From the NCBI RefSeq assembly GCF_009914755.1, contig NC_060933.1: a DNA stretch of 64,000 nucleotides. The stretch is one strand, 5' to 3'. The stretch's first letter is position 1. Each line of letters opens with the position of its first letter. Positions 20,233-33,359 of this stretch are shown in pieces. Both the position numbers and the translations under genes were made by a program. This stretch comes from the human T2T-CHM13v2.0 reference genome, Homo sapiens. The notes beneath the pieces were generated by a model, which saw only the letters and a program-made list of their open reading frames with translations, was not told the DNA's origin and ran no database searches.

Positions 20233-22918
20233 TTTTTTCTTTTTTAATAATTTCAACTTTTATTTTAGATCAGGGAATACATGTGCAAATTTGTTATGTG
20301 GGTATATTGTGTGATGCTGAGGTTTGGGGTACGAATGATTCTGTCACCCAGGTAGTGAGCATAGTACCCAGTAGGCAGTTTTTCAGCCCTTACCCACCTC
20401 TTTCACTCCCTACTCTAGTAGTCCCCAGTGTCTGTTCCCATCTTTTTGTCCATGTATACCCAATGCTTAGCTCCCACTTATAAGTAAAAACATGCGGTAT
20501 TTGCTTTTCTGTTCCTGTGTTAATTTGCTTAGGATAATGGCTAATAATGGTTTGGCTCTATGTCCCCACCCAAATCTCATCCTGAACTGTACTCCCATAA
20601 TTCCGGCATGTTGTGGGAGAGACCTGGTGGGAGATAATTTAATCATGGGGGTGGTTTCCCACATACTGTTCTCATGGCAGTGAATAGGTCTTAACAAGAT
20701 CTGATGGTTTGATAAGGGGAAACACATTCTGCTTCATTCTCCTTCTCTTTCTTTCTGCCACCATGTGAGATGTGCCTTTCACCTTCCACTGTAATTGTGA
20801 GGCCTCCTCAGCCATGTGGAACTATAAATCCAATAAACCTCTTTCTTTTGTAAATTGCTCAGTCTCGGGTATGTCTTTATCAGCAGTGTGAAAATGGACT
20901 AACTAATACAGTAAATTGGTACCAGTAGAGTGGGGCGTTGCTGAAAAGATACCTGAAAATGTGGAAAGATACCTGAAAATGTTTAAGCGACTTTGGAACT
21001 GGGTAACAGGCAGAGGTTGAAACAGTTTGGAGGGCTCAGAAGAAGACACGAAAATGTGGGAAAATTTGGAACTTCTTAGAGACTTACTGAATGGCTTTGC
21101 CCAAAAGTCTGATAGATATATGGACAATAAGGTCCAGGCTGAGGTGGTCTCAGATGGAGATGAGGAACTTGTAGGGTATTGGAGCAGAGGTGACTCTTGT
21201 TATGTTTTAGCAAATAGACTGGCGGTGTTTTGCCCCTGCCCTAGAGATTTGTGGAACTTTGAACTTGAGGGAGATGATTTAAGGTATCTGGTGGAAGAAA
21301 TTTCTAAGCAGCAAAAGAGGTGACTTGGGTACTGTTAAAGGCATTTAGTTTTATAAGAGAAGCAGAGCATAAAAGTTCAGAGAATGTGCAGCCTGACAAT
21401 GTGGTAGACAGAAAAACCAATTTTCTGAGGAGAAATTCAAGTGGGCTGCGGAAATTTGCTTAAGTAACAATTAGCTGAATCTCCAAGACAATGGGGAAAT
21501 GTCTCCAGGTCACGTCAGAGGTCTTCACGGAAGCCCTTCCCATCACAGGCCCAGAGTCTTAGGAGAAAATGGTTTCATTGTCCAGTCCCAGGGTCCCCCG
21601 TGCTGTGGTCAGCCTAGGGGCTTGATGCCCTGCGTCCCAGCTGCTCCAGCTGTGGGGCTGAAAGGGGCCAACGTAGAGCTTGGTCCATGGCTTCAGAGGT
21701 GCAAGCCCCAAGCCTTGGCAACTTCCACATGGTGTTGAGCCTACGAGTGAACAGAAGTCAAGAATTAGGGTTTGGGAACCTCTGCCTAGATTTCAGAAGA
21801 TGTATGGAAATGCCAGGATGCCCAGGCAGAAGTTTGCTACAGGGGTGGGGCTCTTATAGAGAACCTCTGCTAGGGTGGTGTGGAAGGGAAATGTGGGGTA
21901 GGAGCCCCCACACAGAGTCCCTACTGGGGCATCTGCCTAGTGGAGCTGTGAGAAGAGGGCCACCATCCTCCAGACCCCAGAATGGTAGATCCACTGACAG
22001 CTCGCACTGTTCACTTGGAAAAGCCACAGACACTCAATGCCAGCCCTTGAAAACAGCTGGAGGAAGGCTGTACCTTGCAAAGACACAGGGGTGGAGCTGC
22101 CCAAGACCATGGGAACCCACTTCTTGCATCAGCGTGACCTGGATATGAGACCTGGAGTCAAAGGAGATCATTTTGGAGCTTTAACGTTTCACTGCCCTGC
22201 TGGATTTTGGACTTGCGTGGGGCCTGTAGCCCCTTTGTTTTGGCCAATTCCTCCCATTTGGAATGGCTGTATTTACCCAATGCCTGTACCTCCACTGTAT
22301 CTAGGAAGTAACTAACTTGCTTTTGATTTTACAGGCTCATAGGTGGAAGGGACTTGCCTTGTCTCAGATGAGACTTTGGACTGTGGACTTTTGAGTTAAT
22401 GCCGAAATGAGTTAAGACTTTGGGGGATGGTTGGGAAGGCATGATTGATTTTGAAATGTGAGGACATGAGATGTGGGAGGGAGTCAGGGTGGAATGATAT
22501 GGATTGGCTGTGTCCCCACCCAAATCTCTGAATTGTACTCCCATATTTCCCATGTGTTGTGGGAGGGACCCAGTGGGAGATAATTGAATCATGGGGTTAG
22601 TTTCCCTCTTACTGTTCTCGTGGTAGTGAATAAGTCTCACAAGGTTTGATAGTTTGATAAGGGGAAGCCTGTTTTGCTTGAGTCTCATTTTCTCTCTTGC
22701 CACTGCCATGTGAGATACGCCTTTCATCTTCCACCATGATTGTGAGGCTTCCCCAGCCATGTGGAACTGTAAGTGCAATAAACCTCTTTCTTTTGTAAAT
22801 TGCCCAGTCTCGGGTATGTCTTTATCAGCAGTGTGAAAACAGACTAATACAGTGGCCTCCAGCTGCATCCATGTCGCTGCAAAGGATATGATTTCATTCT
22901 TTTTCATTGCTGTGTATT
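20233..22918 (-). mobile_element. 5'-truncated L1PA15/16-like 3' end, split by the THE1 insertion
   Basis: L1 3'UTR at 20233-20541 resumes at 22852-22918. TSD gaatggttactgtta (20218-20232) / gaatagttactgtta (22921-22935). Confidence 0.8.
20542..22851 (+). mobile_element. Complete THE1 (THE1A-like) MaLR provirus: LTR 20542-20910, internal 20911-22494, LTR 22495-22851
   Basis: LTRs start tgatatgg/taataatgg...tgtccccacccaaatctc and end gactaataca. 5-bp TSD atggc/gtggc. Purine tract before the 3' LTR. Confidence 0.92.
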
Positions 22919-23069
22919 AGGAATAGTTACTGTTAACATTTGAATATGTTCTTCCAATGTATTTCGTCTCCCTCCCTCCCTCTCTCCAGCCTTCCTCCTT
23001 TCCTCCTATCCATCCACTAATAGACTAACAAGTGATATTGATAATATCATAGAGTACATAGGTTTATAT

Positions 23070-23600
23070 CTTCATTTAAAATGTGATATAAAACTTACAG
23101 AAAAGTGGCAAGTACATAACAAAGAACTTTTCTTTTTGCTGAACAGTTTGAGAGCAGGTTGATAGTATGATGCTGTGTCACTCCCTCTTGTTTTAGTATG
23201 CATTTCAAAGACTGCATATTTTAGTGTGTATTTCACAGTTGCATTCTGGTTATTCTCCTGTATAACCAGAATGCAACTGTCAACATCAGGAAATCAACAT
23301 GGATACATTACTCTCATTCAGATCCCATTAAACTTTCCCTAGTTGTCCCGACTATGTTCTTTATATAGCAGAAGGATCTAGTTTAGAATTATGTGTTGCA
23401 TTTAGTCATGTTTTTTTAGTCTCCAGTATGGAAGAGTTCCTCAGTCTTTTCTTGCCCATGATCTTGGCATTCTTGAAGATTGCAGGCTAGTTATTTGTAG
23501 AATATCCCTTAGTTTTGATTTGTCTGATGTTTCCTCATGATTAGATTCAGCTTGTGCATCTTTTGCAAGAAAACTCACAGAAGTGACACTGTACTTTGCT
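23070..23600 (-). mobile_element. L1MC-like 3' fragment
   Basis: Diverged L1MC 3'UTR motifs (gatgtttcctcatgattagattcag). Confidence 0.6.
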
Positions 23601-25309
23601 TATGATACAGTGTCATAACTTCATTTTTAAAAAAGCTTTACTTTTTGAGGGTTTTTCCATTTCTATTAATATTCTTTTAGAGAATGATTTTTAATTTCTG
23701 AGTAATATTTAATTATTTGTATATTCCATAATTTAACTGATTCATAGTAGGATATTTTCATCATAGGACAGGTAGCAGGAATATCAGTTTAGCTTTGATT
23801 TGTAATTGACTCATTGTCCTTTGAATCATGTTAAATTATGAGCAGTATCTTAATTATTTTAGCCAAGTAGGAAATAGAAATGACAGAATCTTGGGGAAAT
23901 CTATTTAGTAAGTATTCTGAAAATTCTGAAGTGAAAGAAGATGTTTGTTATGAGGCAGAAGTATGTTTTTATCTTTTTGTACTTCTTGTTTTTTGTTTTT
24001 GAGAACTTGCTAAAAATTTAAGCCATTTTAAATATTGGGATTACAAATTAATAGCATCACTGACCCCTTTTCTTCTTAGCCCCAGGAAAACTGTGGTGCA
24101 TGTATGCCAGTACTAAGCTTTTAATAATAACTGTATGGCTTTTCATATTATCTTTGTTCTAAGGTAAAAAACATTCAGTCTTTTTAAAGAGTAGGTTTTT
24201 ATCTATTTAGAGTAAGTTCTGAATTATATGCATACTATTAATTAGGAAAGAAAATTTACTGTAAAACGTGTTGGATATACATTAAAGTATTGGTTAAGAA
24301 CTTGGACTCTAGATTTGAATCTGGGTACCGTTGCTTACTATTTGTGTGTTATTGGGCAAATTACTTAATCTCATTTCAGCCTCAGTATCCTAATCTGTAA
24401 AATTTGGCTAATAAAATTTCCTAGCTTTTCTTTACATTAAGAAGAAATGTAACCTGCCTAGTGTTTGTAAATGTCCTGTAAATATTCATTGTTTTATTTC
24501 TTTCTTGTGCACTGATGTCTTAATGGGACCTGCATATTACTTTTTACCTTTTCATGAAACAGGAGGTTCAATAACAATAGCTTGAATTCAATGCGTAGAA
24601 AGTGCTAAAGGTGGCTGCCCCAGCTACCTTCCTAAACTTTGATGATGAACTTATAGAGAGTGGGCAAAGACCCCAGTTTTCATGTTGCTTCTGTAAATAC
24701 TGGACAGGTGGCAACCTTCTTGCTTTCATTATAGTGTTTGCCCACTTGAGATAAATTACCTCTTCTCGGTATCCAAATGGTGTGCCTGCAAGAGATCATT
24801 TACCTCAAACAGGGGAGAATGTTACTTCCACTGAAGGGTTAGGATATCAATCATTATGGGAATGGACTAAAGAATTCTTTAGATAGCTGAACTTTTTGAT
24901 ATGACTGGTCGAGACTAAAATTCTCAAGATAGAAACAAATGTGTTGATTTGCTTTGAAATATCTCTGAACAAACACAGGAGTAGATGGACATAAGTAGAA
25001 TGTTAACACATTTTGTCACACATTTCCTCTGTAATTACGTCTTAATTGTCTAGAAGATAGATGACCCAAATATACCCCTGCTAGTACAACTCAGAACTTT
25101 TTTTTATTGCGTACTTTGAGTTAACTTTCTAGAGGTCATAGCGACCCTTTCAAGCAAACTAAGCCTAGGTTGTGTTCAACTCAACATTGAGGTTTCATAC
25201 TAAGGAAGTTCAAAGTGGTAAGAAAAGATACTGGTATTGATAAGCAGCTATTGGCATATATTTAAAAGTGCTGAGGCTTTATTGAATCTTAAAAAAATTA
25301 TAAAAAGAA

Positions 25310-25460
25310 TCTTGCTACTCCAAGTGTGGTCCATGGACCAAGGGCATTGTCATCAACTGGGAATGTGATACAAATGCATAATCTCAGACTCCACTCCAGA
25401 CCTAATGTGCATTTTAACAAGATCCTCAGGTGACTAATATGCACAGTAAAGTTTGAGAAG
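25310..25460. mobile_element. MER5-like hAT MITE
   Basis: ctactccaagtgtggtccatggacca...aaagtttgagaag. Confidence 0.7.
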
Positions 25461-26769
25461 AGACTTAGGGGATTTTATTATTTTGTTATTTTTATTTTGT
25501 TATTTAAAAAAAATTTTTTGTGTATGGGATTTTGTTATTTATATAACTTCACTCATATCTGGAACGGAAACAAGCACAATCTGACTGAGTATCGTTTCTG
25601 GTGCTTCAGCTGCTAGTCTCTATTTTGGGGAGCCACAATTTAACTTACAGATTTTTACAAATTTTGTGATTTCTTATATTATCACTTTCACATTTTGCCA
25701 TATTTTTTCAAACATTTTATGAAAAAGTATAAGCATGTAGAAAAGTCAAAAGAGTTTTACAGTGAACAGATATTTTGTATTTTAAATTGAAATTTTATTT
25801 GCCTATCAATTTTTAAGAGCAATTTTCAAATGGATAATTCATCCTTGAAAGTGTTCACAACTATGCAAAATCTTACTTTCATGTCTTTTATAGAATATAT
25901 TTTATAATGCAGATCTAAAATAATATACAAAATCAAAATAATTTTAGGAAGCATAGATGAGGCTTGAACACATTTTGTAGTTTATGGGTAATTTCTGGGC
26001 AACTTCTAAGAGCCTGAAGCTTTTTTTTTTTTTTTTTAAGAAAGCTAAGTTGGATATCCAGATACTGTCTAACAAAGCAACATAGTTATCTTTTCAGGTT
26101 TTTGTAAAAGAACAAAAAAAATCTTCCTTCAAATCTGTACTAAAATATTACAGATATATTTAGAAAAAATTTTTACCTCCTTTTCCAGAAAAAATATGGC
26201 AGCTTATAGGTATTTGCAAAATACAACATAATATTCATTAAAACCTAAGCAGGAAAAGGAGCAAATTCAAGCCAGGAATGACATTGAAAAAGTCAACTAT
26301 GGTAGCCTACACACTTGTGTTCACATTTTGGTCTGAGGATTCAGTTGCCAATTATGTTATTAAAGAAAAATCACAATTTAGGAAAAAATACAAATGTTCC
26401 TTAGGCTAAGAGTAGATAGGAAACTGTTCTGCAGCTCTTAATAAAAAGGGATATCAAGTGATAGAATGAACAACATTCTCAGTAATATCAGACATAGGAC
26501 TTTTTCTTTTAAGCCAAATGTATTGTGATACAATTTACATGCAATAAAATGTGCTTATTTGACTATAAAATTTGACTAGTTGCGAAAAATGTATACACTA
26601 GAATGTATACAAGAAAATGTATAGCACATTCTTTTCACCTGTTTTGGAGTCAGTCACCCCTGCTCCTACCTGGTCTAAGGCAACCACTGGTGTCTTCTCT
26701 GTCCCTTTAGTTTTTTCTGTTCAAGAATTTCATAAATTTTATAAAAATGGAGTCATACAGTGCAAAGGA

Positions 26770-27525
26770 GTGTAGCTGAACTGCACAGGTGGAGGGAACA
26801 GTTCCCAAAGGCTGTCCTCACTTCTGACACCACAAATTCAGGGGTCCCCAGGGCCACCCTCACTTCAGGCTAGCTGGCTACAAATTCGTGGTCCACATGG
26901 ATTCCTTCAGGTTGGACAGTTTTCTAGAACAACTCATAGAACTCAGGAAACTGTTATATTTAGGATTACAGTTTTATTATAACAGAAGGAGACAAATTAG
27001 AATCAGCCAAAGGAAGAGACACATAGGGTGAAGTCTGGGATGGCTCCAAATGCGAAGCTTCTGTTGTCCTCAGGATGTGTTACCTTCCCAATATTGAGGT
27101 ATGATAATATGCATGGAGTATGACCAACCCAGGAAGCTCACTGGAGTTTTGATGTCCAGAGTTCTTAATTGAAGCTTCATTATATAAGCATGATTGAATG
27201 GATCATGCTCCACATTGTTGACCTCAATATCTAGTTCTTTTCCTCTTCTTGAACATTGGGGTGATATCATATGATTCAAAGCCCCAACTTGCTAATCATA
27301 TGGTTGGTGTTTCAGGCATGGCCAGCCCTTATCCAGAGTTAGCATAAACTATCAGATGCTCAACATGAGTCATATCATTACAAACTATCAGGTGTGGTCT
27401 GGGGCCACCACGAATACAAAAAACACTCTAATCACTCCAGAAATGCCAAGGTTTTAGAGGTTATCTCCCAGGAGCTGGGAAAATGGCCAGACTTCTCCTT
27501 AGGTGAGGCCAAATTTCTTACTACC
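26770..27525 (-). mobile_element. MER21-like ERV LTR inserted in an L1ME fragment (about 26510-27800)
   Basis: cacttctgacaccac...tagaacaactcatagaactcagg...ggccaaatttcttactacc. Confidence 0.65.
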
Positions 27526-27839
27526 CATACAATATATATTCTTATATATCTGGATTCATCTGCTCAGCATAATGTTTTTGAGATTCACCTGTATTACCTG
27601 TGACTGTAGTTTGTTCTTTTTCATTGCTGAGTAATATTTCATTCTATGATTATACCAAAGTTTGTTCATTCATTAACTTATTGATGGGCATTAGAGTTGT
27701 TTCTACTTTAGAGTATTATGAATAAATCTGATGTGAATATTCATATACATGTCTTTTGTTGGATGTATGTTTTTATTTCCTTCGAGTAGGTACTCAAAGG
27801 CTTGGAATTCTTGGGTTGTAAGCCTGTGTTTTGCTTGAA

Positions 27840-29560
27840 AAAATGAGCCATGCAAATATCTGAGGGGAAGCGGTGGTAGTTGGGGAAAGGACATTCTAAG
27901 CAGAGGAAACTGAAGTGCAGAAACCCTAACAAAGGAGTGTGCTTGATATTTTTAGGAATGGCAAGGAGGCCCAAGTGGCTGAACCAGAGTCAATAGTGGG
28001 AGAAAGGTGGAAGATGATGTCAGAGAGATAGCAAGGGCAGGGTTAACACCTGCACCCACATTATGCAAATCCTTGTAAACTATGGTAAGAACTTTAGATT
28101 TTATTCAGGATAAGATGGGATACCATCGGAAAGTTTTGAGTGGAAGAATGACAAGATGTGATTTAACGTTTTAAAAGATTATCTCTGACTTCTATCAGTA
28201 GTTAAAGGTGTAGGTAGTAAGGGTGCAGTGTTCTAAGATGAGGAACAATGGTAGCTTGGAATAGTATAACATCATTGGACTTGGTTATTGGCTAGAGTCT
28301 GGAAATATTTTGAAGATAGAGCTGATAGGGTTTGCTGATGTATGTTGAATGTGAGGTGTGAAAGAAAGATAGGAATCAAGAATGGCTTCAAGGCTTTTGT
28401 CTTGTGTAAATGGTAAATTGAAGCAAGAGTTACTGAAATGGGGAGATTAGAGAAGGAACAAGTAGGAAGAGAAAATCAAGAGTTTTTTTGACATGTTATG
28501 TCTGAGAAATATATTAGACTCGTAAGTGTCAAGGAGGTGGCTGGATATCTGAATTTGAGAAAAATGTCAAGACAGATAAAATTGTAAGTGCTCTCAGTAT
28601 AAGTGTTATTTAAAGTCATGCTATTGGATGAAGTCATGTAGGGTAGTGATTTTAACCCTGGTTGTACATTAGAATTACCTGTGGAGCTTTTTAAAAATAG
28701 TGAAGCCTGCATTCCACCCAGATTTTGGCTGGGGTGGGACATAACTGCTTTGGGGAGTGAGTATAGCTAGAAGAGCTCTGAGGATTTGTGGACCTTTCAA
28801 CATTTAGAGGTTAGGAAATGAGAAGGATATAGCAAAGGATTCTGAAGAATAGCCATTGAGCTAGTTGGTGAACCCTGATGGTAACCTTTAAGCCAAATAA
28901 AGTGTTTTACAAGTAGGAGTGTAATTAATCATGTGGAATGCTGCTGCTAAGGTGAATATGATGAGAATTGAAGAATCACTCCAAATTTGGCAAGATAGAG
29001 ATAACTGATGACCTTGAAGGGACTGTTTTGATGGAGTAGTTGAGACAAAGTCCGACTGCAGTCTGTTAAAGAGAAAGTGAGTTCTGTTAAAGACAGTTTT
29101 TATGAAAGGCAAGCAGGTACATTGAGTTGGAGCAGGAGCAATATTTAGGGGTCAAGGGAGGTTTTTGTTTTAAGATGAGGGGTAATTCAATGTGTTTGTG
29201 TGGTAAGGGGAATGATTCAACGAATGAAAGAAAAAAAAATCTTGATAATGAGGGAAGGCACAATTGGCAGATGTCAAGTCTCTGAGTTGATGAAACGGAT
29301 GGGATCCAATGCACAGAAGTGGGGAGGAAGGTTGGCACAAACAGTTCAGGCATTGTAACAGGAGGGAAGGCAGAGTATATGGGTACAGTTGCAGGTAGGT
29401 TGGTAGATTTGGTAGTAGATGTATGTAAAAATTATTTTCTGCTTGCTACTATTTAGTGAAATAAGCAAGACTATCAATTGAGATGGAGGAAGGTGAGAAG
29501 ATATTGGTTATTTGAGAAGCGGAGAAAATGAGAAATAGTCATTCAGGTGAGTGGGAGATT
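27840..29560 (-). mobile_element. Long L2 fragment with an internal MER5A piece (about 28645-28740)
   Basis: Purine-rich antisense L2 motifs (cattctaagcagaggaaac, ttttaaaagattatctctg, gatgaccttga). Confidence 0.65.
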
Positions 29561-29701
29561 AAGTTCATCAGATGATCAGCTGCTTGGGTGTCAGGCCATA
29601 GGAGGTTTTTATTTAATCAGGGTGGGGGTTTGCCAGGTAAATACAATGGAAAGAAAGAGCAGCAAGGAACTTGAAAGTATATGCAAGAGTATAGTTATAA
29701 T

Positions 29702-30190
29702 TGTTGGGAGAAAATTCTCCATAGGTCTTGTGTTTTTGCATATTTTGTGAGCAGAGGCACTGACGGCTTTCTTATTTATTTATTTATTAGCTATTTTTTC
29801 AGGGAAGTTTATGTAACGAACAGCCTCGGAAAATAAAGACAGTACCTCCCTCCAGAGCGGAGGACACGTTTGTTTACTTTCCAGTATAATGAAAATAATG
29901 TTTCCCTTGGGGAAAAGATTGAGCAGGTTTGTTTTCAGCCTATTATAAAAGATTTGGGCTTCCTAAGTTCTGGATTCCTCAGCTATGACACAAACCCATT
30001 ACATGCACAGCATTAGCCTAGGTCACTCTGTGTCACCTCCATGGGACTTGGGGAGCAAGAGGAACTGTAGTGCATATGAAGCTCCTGCTGTCTCCTGTGC
30101 CGTGAGTGTTAAAGTCCCTTGTCTCTCACCCAGGAGTCTTGTGTTTTTTGCCAACATTCATGAAATTTGTTAGCTTGAAAATAAGGTGAC
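29702..30190 (+). mobile_element. ERVL solo LTR (LTR40-like)
   Basis: Starts tgttgggagaaaattctccataggtc...gagcagaggcactgac; LTR-length, with a TATA-like tattataaaa. Confidence 0.55.
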
Positions 30191-30504
30191 CTCGAACTCC
30201 TGGGCTCAAGGGATCCTCCTGCCTCAGCCTCCTGTGTAGCTGGGATTATAGATGTATACCACCATGCTTGGCTTCAATTTTAATTTATATATATGTATAT
30301 ATATTTTTATTTTAGAAAATTATGATAGGATAGTAAGTTCCATATTGCAATAAATTAAGTAGCAGAAGGGCAATGGAAATATGAGATATTGGAGAAAACA
30401 AATAAGGCAGAATTTCTGATTGTTAAGGAAGAGCTTGTTCATGTATTTTAAAAATGTATTATGGTAAGGGCCAACTCTTCCTGGCATTTAGATTCTCTTA
30501 GTTA

Positions 30505-30826
30505 CATTTATTTTTATTTTATTTTATATTTTTTTGAGATAAGGGCTCTCTGTCTCTGTCACCCAGGCTGGAGTACAGTGGTGCAATCATAGCTCACTGC
30601 AGCTTCAAATTTCTGGGCCCAAGGGATCCTCCTGCCTGAGCCTCCTGAGTATCTAGGACTACAGATGTGTGCTACCACACTCAGCTGATTTCTAAGGTTT
30701 GTTTTTTGTAGAGATGGGAGTCTTACTATGTTGTCCAGACTAGTCTCAAACTCCCGGCCTCAAGCAATCCTTTTGCCTTGGCCTCACAAAGTACTAGGAT
30801 TACAGGTGTGAGCCACTGCACCTGGT
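30505..30826 (-). mobile_element. Alu (AluJ-like)
   Basis: Full reverse-complement Alu; a FLAM-like fragment also lies at about 30190-30275. Confidence 0.85.
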
Positions 30827-30976
30827 TTCTACTGGTTATATTTAAAGGAGGGATGTGTCAGTTTTTTTTAAAAATGCCAAAATTTACAGCATACCAGGAA
30901 TGATATGCTTTACAACTGGTTAAAAATACATGACGAAAGTTTTTTTAGATGTAAACTTAAAAATGTGTGAGGGCAT

Positions 30977-31473
30977 ACATATCAGGTTCCTGTTATTGGG
31001 CTAACAAATTGTCACAATCTGTGGCTAAAGACCACACGAATTTATTATCGGATATTTCTGGAGATCAGATGTCTGAAATAGGTCTTATTGGGCCAAAATC
31101 AAGGTGTTGGCAGGGCTGTATTCCTTCTGGAGGCTGTAAGGGTGAATCTGATTCTTTTTGCAGCTTTTAGAAGCCATCTGCTTTCCTTAGTTTATAGCTC
31201 TTTATTCCATCTTCAAAGCCAGCAGCATCACATCTGCAAATCTCTCTCTGACTCTGACCTCTTCTTCTGTGTACCACTTTAAAGGACTCTTGTCATTATG
31301 TTGGGTCTACTTGAATAATCCAAGATAATCTTTGTATTTTAAAGTCCACTGATTAGCAAACTTCATTCCATCTACACCCTTAATTCTCTCTCGTTGTGTA
31401 ACATAACACAGTCACAGGTTCCAGGGATTAGAATGTGGACATCTTTAGCGAGGTCATTATTCTTCCTACCACA
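30977..31473 (-). mobile_element. MLT1 (MLT1D-like) LTR
   Basis: aaaatcaaggtgttggcagggctg...ggtcattattcttcctaccaca. Confidence 0.7.
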
Positions 31474-31665
31474 GCATACATAGTTAAAAAAAATTACAGA
31501 GTACATTAGTGAGGACAGTTAAAGACCACTGTCCTGCCTTTGGTATTTGACATTGCTGATCACTTCCTTCTTCCAGATTCTTTTGATGCCCATGATATTA
31601 CTCCTGTTTCTCCTCTTTTCATGTCCTTGGGCCTTTCTGTTCAGTGTTTGTGTGCCCTATGGGCT

Positions 31666-31857
31666 CTTTTTCTTTTTTCTTTTCTTTCCCTCCCTCCCTC
31701 CCTCCCTCCCTCCCTCCCTCCCTCCCTCCCTTCCTTCCTTCCTTCCTTCCTTGCCCTTCCCCTTCCCCTTCCCCTTCCCCTCCCCTCCCCTCCCCTCCCC
31801 TCCCCCCCCTCCCCTCCCCTCCCCTTCCCTTCCCTTCCCTTCCCTCTTTCCTTTCTT
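31666..31857. repeat. Compound polypyrimidine microsatellite (CCCT)n(CCTT)n(CCCTTC)n(CCCCT)n
   Basis: About 190 bp of almost pure C/T read directly from the sequence. Confidence 0.95.
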
Positions 31858-31900
31858 GGAGTAGGACTTTGACTATGGGTCTTTTCTTAGCCATTAAAAA

Positions 31901-32037
31901 AAATTTTTTAATTTTTAGTAGAGAAGGGGTTTCTCCATGTTGTCCAGGCTGGTCTTGAACTCCTGAGCTTAGGCAGTGCACCCACCTCGGTCTCCCAATG
32001 TGCTAGCATTCTAGGGGTGAGCCACTGCGCCCAGCCA
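31901..32037 (-). mobile_element. Alu left monomer / FLAM_C
   Basis: Single Alu arm. Confidence 0.75.
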
Positions 32038-33359
32038 CTTAGCTATGTTTTTATTCCTTGTTGTCCCGAGCAGTCCCATGTATAGCCAGGGCTTTATTTA
32101 CCATCTATGTGCTGATGGCTCCCAAATATTATCTGTAACCTAGACCTCATTCTTGAACTGAAAGCTTGTATACTTAGCTTCCTATGAGTTTCCTAAAAAA
32201 AAAAAAAACCCTAAAATTCAGCATATTCAAATTTTTACCCATTTTCTTAGGCCCAAAACTTCCTTCTGAAAACTGTCTTTGTAATTGACATGACCATCTG
32301 CCAAATAGTATCTAAAATAGAAACCTAGCAGTCACTGTAACATACTTTTATTCTTACTCTTATTCTCCATATTCTACATTTCTTATTGGGTTATTTTTTT
32401 ATCCCAGCCCCATTGCTGTGGTCTTAGCTCATTTTTTACATGTGTTACTAACCTGCTAGTGGGTATCCACGAGCCCACTCTTAGACTGACCCACCCTTTC
32501 TCCCTGTCTCCCAGCCTTCCTTCATTTAGCAAAGTGATCATTTGGACGAGAGTTATTGAAATAATAAAGAAGTAGCATCAGTATATTGTAGAATATTCTA
32601 AAACATATAAAAGTATATAAGGAAGTAAATTTAAACCTCATGTAATCTCCTTATTAGAGAATATTAGTATTTAATTAGTATTTATATCAAGTTGTTTTTT
32701 GGATATTTCAGTATAATGGGGTCATTCTATAGATACATTATTTTAATTATTCTTTCCCCCTCACTTATTATTTTAAGTGGTTATAATAATGATATCATTT
32801 CATGGGGTTATAATGATGGTTAAATTGGTTAATGCATGTAAGCAGTGCTTGATGTGTCACCTATCTTCATCCGCAGTATCAGCAGCAATATTGTTCCTTG
32901 TTTCTTATTGCATGAATTAACACTTTAGCTAGATAAACAACACCCTTCATGACCAGATTCTCATCTGTTTGTACAGTCTCACCTCCCAATGCTGTCCATA
33001 ATAAACCTGCAATTTAAGCAAATGGAACTGCTTATTATTCTTCAGAAGTGAGATGCTCTCTTATGTCTCCAGACATATGAGAAATAACGTTTCCTGGCAC
33101 TAAACTTTAAAAGGAATTTATTACATGGATTATTGTATTAGAAATATTGAATAACATTGCAGTTTCTGTCTTTAAATGCAATTTCTTAGAAGATGCAGAA
33201 GTTTTTTTCTTGTCAGTAAAACTGAGAGCATGATAGTATATTGTCATTCTCTGACTGAAGTGGTCCAGGGATGTAGCTTTCTTGTTAATTTAAGTTGACA
33301 GAGAGAGAGGGTCAAGAATATAGATTTATGATTGGGTAGTATATTCCTTAAATAAGGGA

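Noticed and set aside
21027-22907. THE1-internal ORFs as a novel protein
   Set aside because: Broken remnants of the MaLR internal ORF and antisense LTR sequence.
24640-24835. C/D box snoRNA (ATGATGA...CTGA) with a 10-bp inverted repeat
   Set aside because: Boxes are far apart, there is no terminal stem or identifiable guide, and such motifs are expected by chance.
31540-31981. Pro-rich and Gly/Arg-rich ORFs
   Set aside because: Artefacts of the polypyrimidine microsatellite.
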